Origin: Lama glama | Lineage: Eukaryota | DNA length: 64,000 nt | Direction of reading: 5' to 3' | Assembly (NCBI GenBank): GCA_028534125.1 | Contig: CM052816.1 | Location: 18,230,001-18,294,000, forward strand | Shown: piece by piece, positions 24,066 through 36,500 of the stretch | Position numbering within the stretch: position 1 is the first letter of the stretch | How the letters are laid out: every line of letters starts with the position of its first letter | Translations under genes and position numbers: made by a program | Notes under the pieces: generated by a model | What the model was told of the DNA's origin: nothing | What the model saw: the letters and a program-made list of their open reading frames with translations, nothing else | Database searches by the model: none

Positions 24066-24835
24066 CGTGGCTTAGGGGGCATTCCCCAGAGGTAGACCCA
24101 ACAACTAGCAATTGTGTGAAACTGATGCAACAGCAAATGTTCTCAAGAAAGTGGGGAAGGGGAAGCAGGAACTGGGAAGGAGAGAGGTCAGGACAGGATG
24201 TGTAACAGAGCCGAGTCCCAGGGAAGGTAGCCTGGGCTCAGTCCCAGAGGGGAGCTCCTAAGATGGTACAGGTCACACGTCACACCTGCCCCTCTCTGGA
24301 GACAAGGGGGCTGCACAGCCACAATCGTTGGTTATGGAATGCCTGAATGCATATGTTCATAGGTCCCAGCAGGGAAAGGGAGTTAAGACAGCGAGACGGT
24401 AGCCCTTCCACTAAGACACACAGTGGAAGGTCTGTTTGGAGTGAAAACGTACTGGGAACTAGTACGCATAAAAAAAGGTAAAGGGCAAACTAAAAATATA
24501 TTCATGAAAATAGAAAACAAACTGCGGTTACCAGGGGGAAAGGGGGAGGGATAGATTAAGAGTTTGGGATTAATAGATGCACATTACTATATATAAAATA
24601 GATAAACAACAAGGATGTACTGTACAGCACAGGGAACTACATTCAATTGCTTATAATGAGTTGTAATGGAAAAGAATCTGAAAAAAAAGTGTGTGTATAT
24701 ATGACTGACTCACTTTGCTGTACATCTGAAACTGACATTGTAAATTGACTACACTTCAATAAAAAATAAGAATTTTTTAAAAAGGTAAAAGGATCTAAAG
24801 GGATGTGGGAGAAGTGCTTATAACATCCCCCCCAT
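24066..24835 (-). mobile_element. ERVL LTR remnant (LTR16/33 group) hosting an L1 insertion
   Basis: cttagggggcattccccagaggtagaccc start and aacatcccccca end resemble reverse LTR termini. Confidence 0.45.
24486..24778 (+). mobile_element. Short L1 3' UTR insertion
   Basis: gaaaacaaactgcggttaccagg..cacagggaactac..cttcaataaaaa; TSD aaaaaggtaaa at 24472-24482 and 24779-24789. Confidence 0.85.
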
Positions 24836-25169
24836 TCAGCTTGAAGTAAAAATCCTATATGAGAGAAAATCTATGGTTCTCATTCATTTTACTACGCTAC
24901 GCCTATCGGAAAAAAAGATGGGGAAGCAGCTACAGATATTTCCTGGGATGATAGGCTATGGAGAATTACTTTCAAACTCTGCTTAATAAATGGCAGGTAT
25001 TAAAATTTTAGTATTAATATAAACATTTTTAGTTAGTTCATTAACTATGAGTCCAGGATGGTTGGCTCACATTGTTTCCCCTTTCACTCTAATTCAGCTA
25101 ATAAACAAATATTACATAGGAAATCATCTTGTTATTAATATCCCTCCAATGACTACTTCAGTAAAAGAA

Positions 25170-25930
25170 AGGTAAGCATATCAACAGAATAATGAACAAA
25201 GGGCAAGAACAGGCAGTTAACAAAAGAAAAAGTAAAAATTGGCAATAAATATAAAATTATTGTTGAATTTTGCCAGTAACCAAAGAAATTTAATTTCAAC
25301 CATGAGATACTAATTTTCACCTATTAGAATTGATAAGATTTTTTTTTAATTATAATACTTAAAACTGCCAAGAATGTGGGGAAAATGAGCACTCTTACAC
25401 AGTGCTATTTTAAGTGTAAGCTGGTAAAGTTTTCCTAGAAGACAATTTGACAATATATATCAAAATACATAAAAATGAAAACACTTTGACAAAATAATTA
25501 AACTTTAAGCAATTTTTACTTGGGAAATAATCACTATGTATAAAAATCCATTTCAATGATGTTTATTGCAAATTATAATATCTAAAAACTGAAAATACTA
25601 CAAATATTTACCAATGAAGGGTCAATTAAATGAACAGGGGTATACAAAGTACCATAACTAACTATTTAGCCACTTTTAAATGTTGTATCTATATATTTAT
25701 CGACAGAGGAAGTTCTTAATCATATATTATTAAACCAAAGAAAAATCAGATTGTAAAACATGATCAGTGTGATCCAATCTAAACATAAAAACTATGAAAA
25801 GATACATATCAAAATGTTAATAACAGTTATCTTAAGTATCGAGGGTGACTTTCAATTTCTTCTGCTTATCTGTATTTTTCTAATTTTTTCTACAGTAAAC
25901 ATGTATTGCTTGAGTAATTAAAAAATGTTA
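25170..25930 (+). mobile_element. L1ME-type 3' fragment
   Basis: acaaagggcaagaacaggcagttaacaaaagaa..catgagatac..caagaatgtggggaaaatgagcactcttacac. Confidence 0.75.
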
Positions 25931-28599
25931 TATAATAACAAGATATTTCCTCTCTGGACTTAGTCAAAAATGATGTGCTCTCAAACACTGGGCAGCAGTA
26001 CATATTTCTGCATTGTGTTAATTTCCTGTCCATTAAGCATGTGTAATGAACAGTCTTCCATGACTCCAACTGGTTGGAGGAGAGCCAAGTGTCCCAGAAC
26101 AAACAAGGCAATGGAAACCAGCCATTCTCAGCTTTGACCTCAGCCTGCAAACCTGAATCCATTAGGCTTCACGTTTAGAAAAGGTCTTCCGTCATGTCAA
26201 GGACTTACGTGAATTAAAGCAGTCCCTAGAAAGGGACCCCTTTCTAGTAGCTGCTGCCTCACGAAATTTGGAATTGTTATCAACAACTTCATAGTTGGGA
26301 AAACCTAGCAAAATGCCCTGTATGTGGTAGATGCTCAAGAAATGCTAGGACTGCAATTTTATCACCTTCACTTTAGGAGTGACAGAACCAGATTTGAAAA
26401 GCTAGGATGATAAAATATGTTGTATACAACACCAGAAAGCCATCAGGTAGTCACATTAGTAATGGTTTTCTTTTTCATAAGTTCAAAAATTGTAAGGCAG
26501 TTCCTGACCAACAAACTCCTGTCCACTGCTACTGCTGCCCGACTCACTGCTGCTTATTTCAAACAACATGTTAGTGCTTTAGGAAAGCTGTAGACTAAGA
26601 AGCAGAGGAATAAACAAGGCCATGAAAATCAGAAACAACCACAAGGCATATCCCAATGGCAGAGTCTGAACCAATCCATGTGATCACCTCTTTGCCCAAT
26701 GTACACATCTTCTCACACCTACCACCACCCACATAGTTAGAGTGGGCATCACACACCTGAGAGTCTTTTGTCTGTTATTTTTCTCTTTTTGAATAAGGTG
26801 ATCCTTCACCAATTTCCTAGCCAGGGTCCTTGTAAATTTTATATCTAGAGTGAATTAGAGCTGTATTTGGCCAGCCAAGTAGTGGATTTCAAAAACAATT
26901 TCATCTCTAGCCTGTGTATAAATACATAAATTTCTTTGAGAAGTGTTTTGTTTACCTAACAAGCCAGAATGGAACCCATTAGAAAAAACTATTCCTCCAT
27001 GGTGGCTTAACTAATAATAAATCCCATCACAAAAATATTTCTGCAAATGAGGCACTGCATTTTAACCCCCTCCTTTTCCATTCCAATAACCTGCAGGAGT
27101 GAAACATTCCATTAGCATGTGGTCTATATGTGGCTGGCTAAGAATGAGTTTTGAAGTTTTAGCAATTGATTTCCAGATGGAAAAGCAAACAGCAGTAGAC
27201 TATATGACCACCCACAGTGTAATCCCACTTTGACCCTGTGCCTGAAATCTAGGTTTCCTGAAGTAGCAATTTGGTACACACTCAGAATTAAATAATGGGC
27301 ATGCTCCGTTCCAAAAAATATGAGTGGGGAAATGTAGATGACTTGAGGACCCACCACTAAAACCATTACATGAGAGAGTATTTGGGAATGTATCCAAAAA
27401 CATAGAGGATTTTTCAAGTACATGAAGTCAATTATGGGTACTGTGTAACACTGGTCATAGCTTAATTTAACACTGTGCCCCCTTATCCCCTGTACCACCT
27501 TCCCTTCCTTTACGTGGTTCAAGATGCCTGAGAGTGCTTGAACAGGAATCAGAAGAGCTCAGATAAGGAAGTATCTTGGGCTGTGGAGGTGCTTTAAAGA
27601 CAGACGCACCATGCACCTGCCCCAAGAAATTTCAGTCATGTTTTGCTTCAGACCACCATTGTCATTGCCTCCAGTTAATCAATTCAGTTCTCTCAAATTC
27701 TCCTGTCTTAAGGCATTTTCTTCTTTAAGGAATTGCACATATTTGTAAAGTCTAAATATCTGCAATAAATATTTTACTCTCTATGGCTGGATTACTTTTT
27801 CCTGCTGTAATATGGTTGTAAGTTAAGGTCTTTCATTCCATTATATATTTTGCTGGCATGTAAACAGCATCAAGGAATATTTGGAAGGAACTCAGTAAAT
27901 AGCAATCCCATTAAATTAAAGCAATCTCTTTCCCTCAGTACTGTGCATTTTTTCTCCTCACCTTGTATGATAAGAATCAAGTGGTCTGTCTGCTGTTAAG
28001 GCCCCAGATCACTTGCTCCAAGTCAGTTTTCCTCAAATTATTCAGGCCTGGTTCCCAGTCATCCCATATCCTCTAGAAACAAAGCAGAGGCTGCTCTCCA
28101 TCTATTCCCATCAAAGGCTCAGGTACAGCTGATTGCTGGTCAATTCTCAGCAACACAGAGGAGTCTGACTAATACAGCATGCAGAAAGGTGGCTCCCTCC
28201 CTCACTTCTCCCAGGAAACCTACCTCTCCGCCACATATTGTAGGAGTCCTTGCCTCGTATATTACTTATTTTATGAGTGTGGATATCTAGAAACTTCATC
28301 TCCCTGGAGATAGGGAATAGAGTCTGAGGGGACAGTAGTGAGCCTTTTTTAATCTGATTATCACGTAATTAATCCTCTTGTCTTGGCAGAATTCTCTCTT
28401 TTTTTTTAACCAGAACTATTTAGCTTATTCAAAGTTCTTTAGATCCAGGACTTGTACTTTCAATGACAGAGAGAAATGAACGGAACAACTAAGAAACTGA
28501 GATTTCTTTAGGAGAACAAGCCACTCATATATGTCAATGCAGGGACCACGATACAAGTGATGGCACCTGATAGCACTAGCTAGCAGTATATTATGATTC

Positions 28600-30345
28600 C
28601 TTACACTGTACAAGCCCTTGCACATTTTGTTAGATTTATATGTAAACATTTCATATTTTCTGCTGCCTTCGTAAATCATTGTGTATTTTTAAATGTTCAC
28701 TTGTTCATAGCAAGTCTATAGTTACACAGTTAATTTTTGTATACTGACCTTGTATCCTGTAAACTTGATAAATTCAACATATTAGTTCTAAGAGATTTTT
28801 TAGTATATTCCTTGGGATTATCTACATATATATTTATGTCATCTGTTAATAAAGATAGTTTTATTTCCTGCTTTCCATTAAAAATGTCTTTTATTTATTT
28901 TTCTTGCCTTACTACATTGACTAGAACTTCTAGTATAATGTTAAATAGAATTGGCAAGAGAAAACATACTTGCCATATTCTTGACCACTAAAGGGGAAGC
29001 ATTCAATATTTCACCAATGTGGATAATACTATCTGTAGATTTTGATAGATGCATTTTATCCGATTGAGAAAGTTCCTTTCTATTCCTAGTTTGTTTAGAG
29101 TTTTAAATCAGAATTTGATGTTGAAATTTGTCCAAGGTTTTCTTTTTATCTGTTTCTGTGATTAGAAGCTTTTTCTTCATTTGTCTGTTAACTAATGAAT
29201 AACATATACTGATTTTTTTAATGTTGATCCAGATTTCCATTCCTGGTAAAACCCAGTTGATCTTTAGGTCTTATTTCTTACTCATTCTGAAAACCACTGT
29301 CTCTTAATTGAAATTTAGATGTGTTACATTTTATATAATTATTGACATGATTGAATTCAGGTCTACTAATTGTTGTTTTCTATTTGTTCCCTCACCCTTT
29401 GTTTCTATGTTCCATATTTTCTGTTTGGCTTATTTGGATATTTTGTATTGCATATAAATTAATTTATTGGCTATTTAACCATATATCTTTGCATTATCTT
29501 TAATTTTAGCATTTTTTTCAGGAATTAAATATATCTGCTTAAACTTTCACAGTTCTACACAGGGTTAATATTTTACCATTTCAAGTAAATGTGGAACCTT
29601 AACCTTATAGTTTCCTGCATCCTCTTTCTTTTGATGTATTACATACATCAAAAGCTCCACCAGACAATATTATATTTAAAATTTTTAAGAGTAATACTAG
29701 TTAAAAGAATTTAAGAGAAGAAAAATAGTCTTTTATATTTACCATTTCTGCTACTATTCCTTCATTCCTGAAGTTCTAAGTTTCCCTCAGGGATCATTTT
29801 CCTTCAGAGTTTCTTGCAAAACAAAGATTCAGGCAACAAATTCTCTCATTATTCCTTCATCTCATAATGACTTTACTTTGGATTTATTCCTGATGGATAT
29901 TTTTATTGCTCATAAAATTCTGGGCCTTTGGTTGTTTTCTTTCAATATTTTAGACATTCCACTGTCTTCCTGCCTCCATGGTTTCTTATGGGAAATCTGT
30001 AGTCAGTCAAATAGTTGTTTTAATACGATGACCTATAACTAGTCTTTTTGTCTTACATCTACCTGTGCTTTTGGAATCATATCTAAGATGGCTTTGCCTA
30101 ACCTAAGACCACAAAAATTTACTACTAATTGTATATTTCCTACTAATTGTTTCATCACTTTAGCTCTTACATTTAGGTTTATAATTTATTTTGAGTTTAT
30201 CTTGTATATGCTGTGAGGAAGGGGTCCAACTTTGTTCTTTAGCATGAGAATATTCAGCTATTCCAGCACCATTTGTTGAACAGACTACATGCTCCTCATT
30301 AAAATCTCATTGTCCTTGTCAAAAATCAATTAACCATAACTGTAG
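28600..30345 (-). mobile_element. Mosaic of old L1 fragments
   Basis: Reverse ORF2 motifs (tatactgaccttgtatcctgtaaacttg, tgagaaagttcctttctattcctagtttg, ttccagcaccatttgttgaa, gtcaaaaatcaattaacca). Confidence 0.75.
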
Positions 30346-31329
30346 AGATCACAGCAAACTTTTTAAGAATGGTAATCTTTAGGGTTACCTCCATAGGCAT
30401 TAAGATTAGCATTGGCACAGCGACATGTGGAGGACATTTTTTTAAAATTTTACAGTTTTGTATCATTTATGCATGTACAATGAGCTTGGATGACTTTGTA
30501 ATTTAAATTTTTAGTTTTTAAAAACACCACATTTGGTGCACCTTTTCTGATGAGTAAAACCTATTGCCTAAATAGGTACTGTACCTCAGAGAGACATATT
30601 TTCTAAAAGAAATTTTGTAAGCTGATTTAAAGCTACTTTTAAATTAGTTTAGTATATTCAAATCTTAAAATATTTTGTATAGCCACACAACAACACTTTT
30701 AATTTTACTATTTGGTCTAAGAATTGCAATTGAAGATTCTAGAGGGGCATGTTGATATTCTGACACAGCAGATGAAAGAGAGTTAAGTATTATTTGAAGT
30801 GCCTGTTGTGATTCTCTTTGGTAGACACCTCTAGCCTTTTGGATTTCTGTTGCCTGCTTTTATTTCTGAATTAGAAAATTGGGGTTGGTGCTTTTTGCTT
30901 AAGAATTTCCCAATCTCTCTCTCCCTTTTCATTTTATGTAATTAAAGTGATTTAATTTGTCCAATGGTTTCCTAAGGAAATCTGGCATAATCAAATTCTT
31001 TTAATAATAGCCCAGAAAGCTTCTTTTATCACTTAAGTGTAACAATGCCTTTCTTGTTTTTATGGGCTGCCAGGAGCATCCAGCTAATTATGGTTTTTCT
31101 GGAACAGAAGAAAATCAATATGGCTTACCTAATTAATACTTTTGCTCTTATTTTCTGGGACCATAATTCTGTAACTATTTGCCAGTCCTTCCTGTAACTT
31201 CTTATCAGAGTGGGAGGTATATTTAGTAACTATAAAATAAGAGAGATGTGGAGTAAATGATCTAATAAATATATATTGTACCCTAGAATCATGTCTTGCC
31301 CTCTTGGGAAACAGAGGTCAGTGAAAGCA

Positions 31330-31915
31330 GCCATGATATGATCCCTGCTTTCAAGGGACTTAGATCACTGGAGAGACATATATTAATAAAATTATGACAT
31401 AAGTAAATGTGTTTTTACAAAAGGGAGAGGGCAAGAGCTCCAAAGGAAAAAAACAGAGTTCTCCAAAAGTCTTTAGAAAAGCCTTCCTTAAAGAAGTGGT
31501 GCCTTAGGCAAGAAGACTGATGAGAAGGAGTTAGGAAGATTAAGAGGGACAAAGCTTGTTTCAGAGAGAGAGAAATACATGTTTTTGTAAAAGTCCTATG
31601 TTAAGGGAGTGTATATTATAAGAATGCCAGGTATGACTAGAACACAGAAGGGTAGAGAAGAGGTGGTGTAAAATGAGGCCAAATAAGTGAGCAGAGGCCA
31701 GAAAACTACCAGCCTTGCAAAATTCAGTTCCAGCTCTGCCACTTTCTATTGATGTGGCTGGGGCCTAATTACTAACCTTCTATTAAGCACACTTTCCTTA
31801 CCTATAAAATAGGAATAATAATAATAATACCTCACCGATGTTATGAGGAAGTCTGAATATTACACATAAATATACATGAACACTCAATCATACCAGCTCA
31901 GTAATTAACATTATT
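31330..31915. mobile_element. L2 fragment (minus) followed by MIR (plus, about 31720-31910)
   Basis: atccctgctttcaagggacttaga (L2); gttccagctctgccact..tataaaataggaataataata..tacctcac (MIR). Confidence 0.6.
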
Positions 31916-32807
31916 ATTAGAGGTTATTTGTAACTGGGCTTCCTACTCCTTCCCTCCTCTTACAATCAATCCTCTGGCCATTGAGATACCTCTAAAGCAC
32001 TGTCAATCATGCCTACATTGCTTAAAAAATAATAATCTTCCCTCATTGTCTACAGCAGGAATGGCAAAAAGGCGTTAGCTCAAGAATCAATTCCAAGTCA
32101 ATTATAGTAGATCTCTGGGTTGAGCCTTCTGGATTCAGTAGTAAATATTCCTACAGTTGACTGGTTATATCTTCCATGGGCACTGAATGTACCATGCAGC
32201 AGGTATGCTACTCCTCAGCACAGAACCTAAGTACTTCCTTGATCTACCTCTTTCCTGTTGTTCAGTCTCCTCTAAACCACCTTGTCCTCTTTCTCAAATA
32301 GAAATGTACCAGATGATGTACAAATTTATCTAAGAACTATGTACCAAAAAATCCCAACGTGTTACTCCATGTATGTACTGTGAGTGCCCTTCACGCCGCT
32401 ACATATTGGTTCATGATGTTTCATTTGTCTCGAATGTTCTTCCCAACTCAGGGAACTCTGACCCATAAAATCCTTTGTATTCTATTTGAGAGGTCTGTGC
32501 CCCTGTTTTTCTAGGCCAGGGCCCTTTGCATATATGCTGTCTAGAAACACGCCTCTTCCCTTCAGAGACGATATCTTAGTGTGAAGTTGCAGAGTTGGCA
32601 ATGGGGCTATGTGATTACCACCTGTGGCCCTCATCACACTCCTGGCTCACAAGAAAGGGAGCCACACCTGTATTTGCCTTCTTCATTCACTTCTGCATCT
32701 ACAGCACCAAGCACCTCGTCTGCCATTGGTGCCCTATGCATTCTTGTTAAATGGATGGGTAGCCCCAGATACTTCCTTTCTCTGTACCATTCAGTAAATT
32801 TCCTTCT

Positions 32808-32929
32808 AATTCATTATCAATGTGAAAACTCAGGTAAGGAAGGAAGGAAATTCATTATCAATGCCAAACTTCAGGTGAAAAGGGAGGAAATTCATTATTA
32901 ATGCCAAACTTCAGGTAAGAAAGGAAGGA
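32808..32929 (+). repeat. Three-copy ~41-bp tandem repeat
   Basis: Units starting 32808, 32849 and 32889, consensus aattcattatcaatgccaaacttcaggtaaggaaggaagga. Confidence 0.9.
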
Positions 32930-35900
32930 AAAAGATGAAGAACTTATTTAAAATTCCAGTGACCTCTTGGTGATTCTTACATTTCAGTGAGTAGCAATTG
33001 CTGTACGGTGACCCCTCCTGGTTCAAACTCTTCCATTATCCTTGACTAAAAAGATCTGTCTAGATTTCCCAAATCATCACCGGAATGCATACACCAAAAT
33101 AATCCAGAGATCTAAAGGGAAAAAAAAAATGGGACGTCTCTCCTTTTCTCCTATTAGACTCTTTTGATGTGCTAATTTGGTATATGTAAAAGTTAGAGGT
33201 TTTGTTTTATAGTGACCACTGAAGATCAAAATGAGAATTCTAGTCTGTATGCATTATTAATTCAGGATTCACAGTGAGACAATTTTAGGTAGTGTATGGA
33301 GTCTATTACTAATATCCAGAGTTCTGATAGATTAAAATCTAGGAGAGAAAAGATAAAGAACATATTTTCCTTAGGGGATTTCTGGTTCCTGTGTTTGCCA
33401 ACTAATAAAACCCCTCCACCAATAAATCTTAGATTTTATTGACAACAGAGTCTCAGTTCTTAGCAGGGAAAAAGCAATTGGAATACTGAGTGAAACATTA
33501 TTGGGAAGTATAGGTTGAGAAGAATTTTGCTATTTTATACATTCAAGGTCACTTTGAGAAGGACTTCCCCTAGAAAAGCATTTTACAGTATACGCAAGTT
33601 ATTTTGGAACTAACAAGGATCCCAGAAAAGTTCCAGTCTAGCAATATTTTGATTCTATAGACCAGAAAATCTAGAAGTAGTTATAACTCAGTCTATGACA
33701 CACTCCACAAAATAGCATGTTTGAAAGAATGTTCCTTGGAACCTAAGTTTTATGAGATGTTAATATTTGTTTCACAAAAGGAGGAGAAAAGAACATCATT
33801 GAACTATCTGGGAAATGTTGGCTTAAGCAAAGTCCAACAAGTATCTACTATAGGAACTCTCAAGGCTTTTAATTTGTTAGAAGATTAAAGTCTCCAAAAA
33901 GAAAAACATGGCAAACACTTTTACATTCAGAACCATTTTTCATAACTATTTCTCAGGACTGTGATTGTTGAAAAGTATTGGGCAATAAATGCTGCTTCAG
34001 CCCAAGCTTAAAGGAATTACTTCAGGAGAAAGCTGGGAAGTAGAAAAGGGAAAGACAATCAGATTAATTAAGCCTCTGAACACACTGACCAGCAAAACAG
34101 ACAGAAACAAAGAGAAGAATCCTTGGGTTACCAGGCAGCTGGGGTCCTGGGATCAAGCAAACAGCTTTCCAGATAGGGCCCTGCCCCCCAAAAGAAACTC
34201 AAGATGGAACCCAAATACAGAGTTGTGTAATAACTGGACTCCTTAATGTCCCTTCACATGGAATGTAAAATGGAGATTAGCAGCATTTGAGGTAATTGCT
34301 TTCTGCCTAAATCAATTCTGTCTTTGGTTGAAATTGGATAATCTTGCCTTAAATTGCTGTCTAATGTATCCGTGGGTTGTTAAACAGCAAGTGCCTTTCA
34401 TTTCATAGGAAATGGTTTCTGACTTTATAAAGCAATCTTTGAGGGAAGTTTGTATTTCTTTTTATGCTTATGAAGTGCTTTGGGACAGAGGTCAGTATAA
34501 AATCCAGATTTATTACTACTATTAGCAATAGTAAAAGTGTTATGAAGCCATTTATTCTGTCTTTGTTACTAATAGCTGAAAAAAGCTGATTCTCCCGCAT
34601 GGAACGGGAGCTCAGCCTCAGATTATAAACATCCATCTTCCCCCTGTGCACTAGTTCCCAGCTGCAGGTATGTAGAGCGGGGCCAGGGTTTTGGCGACTG
34701 AGCTCTAGGGCTCAGGCTTTCTACACTTGAAAGTCACTCCTCCCTAGGTGGGTGGAGCCACGAGATACAGATGTACAAATGGAATATCAGAATTATCCAG
34801 TGCCCACCCCAAACTATCAGAAGCAGTTTGGCTTTACTGCTCAGATTTTTTTTCACGTTTATTTTATTTGTCTTTACTAGAAAGATTTTAATGAAGTTGG
34901 CTATAGGCCTTTAACACAGACCAGAGCAGAAAGACAAAAAGTTATTTCACTGACTCTCTAGAAACTAGATTTTAAAAATTCTACTACTCAGAGCTTTTGA
35001 GTCTAGCCTGGTCACTAACCATGCACTGTGATATTGGTTTTTCTTATGCATCCTTTAGCTTAAATTCTTACCTTTCCCCCATGATTAAATGAATACTTTT
35101 CATTCAAACATGTGCCATTGAGGAGAAATGGATAAAGATACTGCCTTTTATGAAGGTTGACTTCTAGCAGCCTTTAACTATTTAACTTGTTGAGCTTGTT
35201 AATTCTGTTTAGGACTGGAAGAGTTGTTTCAGTAAATATTAGCAAGCATTTTATATAAATCTCAGTCCATGAAGTCTTATAGCTTTTCACAGGAGTTATT
35301 AATGCTGAAAAACACACGTTTTTCTCAAAGTCCAGCTTGCACTAGCTACCTCAGCAAAATCACTCTCCCTTACTTGACACTGGAGTAAATGAGAGGAGGT
35401 ATAGTGACGCTTGAGGACTGATTGTTCAGAGAGAGTTTTTCTTCATAAGGGAGAAACCAGAACGTGTTAAAGTGTTGATGAGAAGATTAAATAAATGTCA
35501 CATTCTGAGGAGAGAGGGGACAGCATGAATGGTTAATAGCATATGGTTCCTAAGAAGACGAAAGAGAGAGAGTGCAGAGTCCAAGTAGAGTTGAGAAGAG
35601 GAAGGCAAAGAGGCTTGCAGGAAAGGAGCCAGGAACTCCTGTCCCAGGCCTTCTGCTTTCTCTTTAAGAGAAGACAATTTGCTAAAAGGATGAAGGACAT
35701 AAAGGGAAATTTAGACATCTCCTGCAGATACCAGACCTGGTAGAGCCAAGATCTACACTGACGGCCATGAAGCTGTGCTCATGAATTTTTATGGAACCAA
35801 CTTGCCAGGTGGTATAATTTCTACAGTCAGTACTTGGGAGTCCCAGATACCAGCCCAGAAAAGACAAGAAGATGGGCTACTGATTTCCAGCAGTATTCAG

Positions 35901-36369
35901 GGTCAGGAATGTTCAGATGAGAAATGTCAACTTGCAGAAGTGTTAGAAGTGAATCTAAGTGAAATGGAAAAGCAAGGAACCCTTAGCTGCCTTGACCTTG
36001 TGAGTCTATCTCTGACCCCACCCTGCAAGGGAGGCCCTGGGACAGAAGGCTAAGACCAGAATTCCACAATGAAGAACTCAAGAGACTTCTTCCATGTTTT
36101 AAAGCTCCATGTCCCTCCTGGTGGGGATAAGAGGGGGAAAAGGCCTATAGCTCAGCACACAGTAGGTGTTGAAAAAATGATGACTGAATGAGTAACAAGT
36201 CTGCGATATTCTTTTTTAAAAAAGAAGAGTGGCAGCTCAGAATTTTTTAATCTATTATTTAGTTTGAGAAAGGGATTGTTTATATAGAAATATTTTACCT
36301 TTGGTGTAATATTTCCCAAAGGAATCATGCTTTTTTTTCCTTTGCTGGTGAAAATACAAGGAATGACAA

Positions 36370-36500
36370 AGAGAAAAAGGAACCAAAGGAAGAAATAAAG
36401 GAAGAAATGAAGGAAGGAAGGAGGGGAGAAGAAAGGAGAAAAGGAAAGAGGAAGTAAAGGTGAGAAGGGGAAGGGAGAAAGACAGGAAAATAAAGGAAAG
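36370..36500. repeat. GA-rich polypurine low-complexity tract
   Basis: Read directly. Confidence 0.85.

Noticed and set aside
27124..27522. 132-aa minus-strand ORF in unique sequence
   Set aside because: No recognisable domain or convincing splice context; length is compatible with chance.
32808..32929. CRISPR-like array
   Set aside because: Mammalian DNA with contiguous tandem units, no unique spacers and no cas genes.
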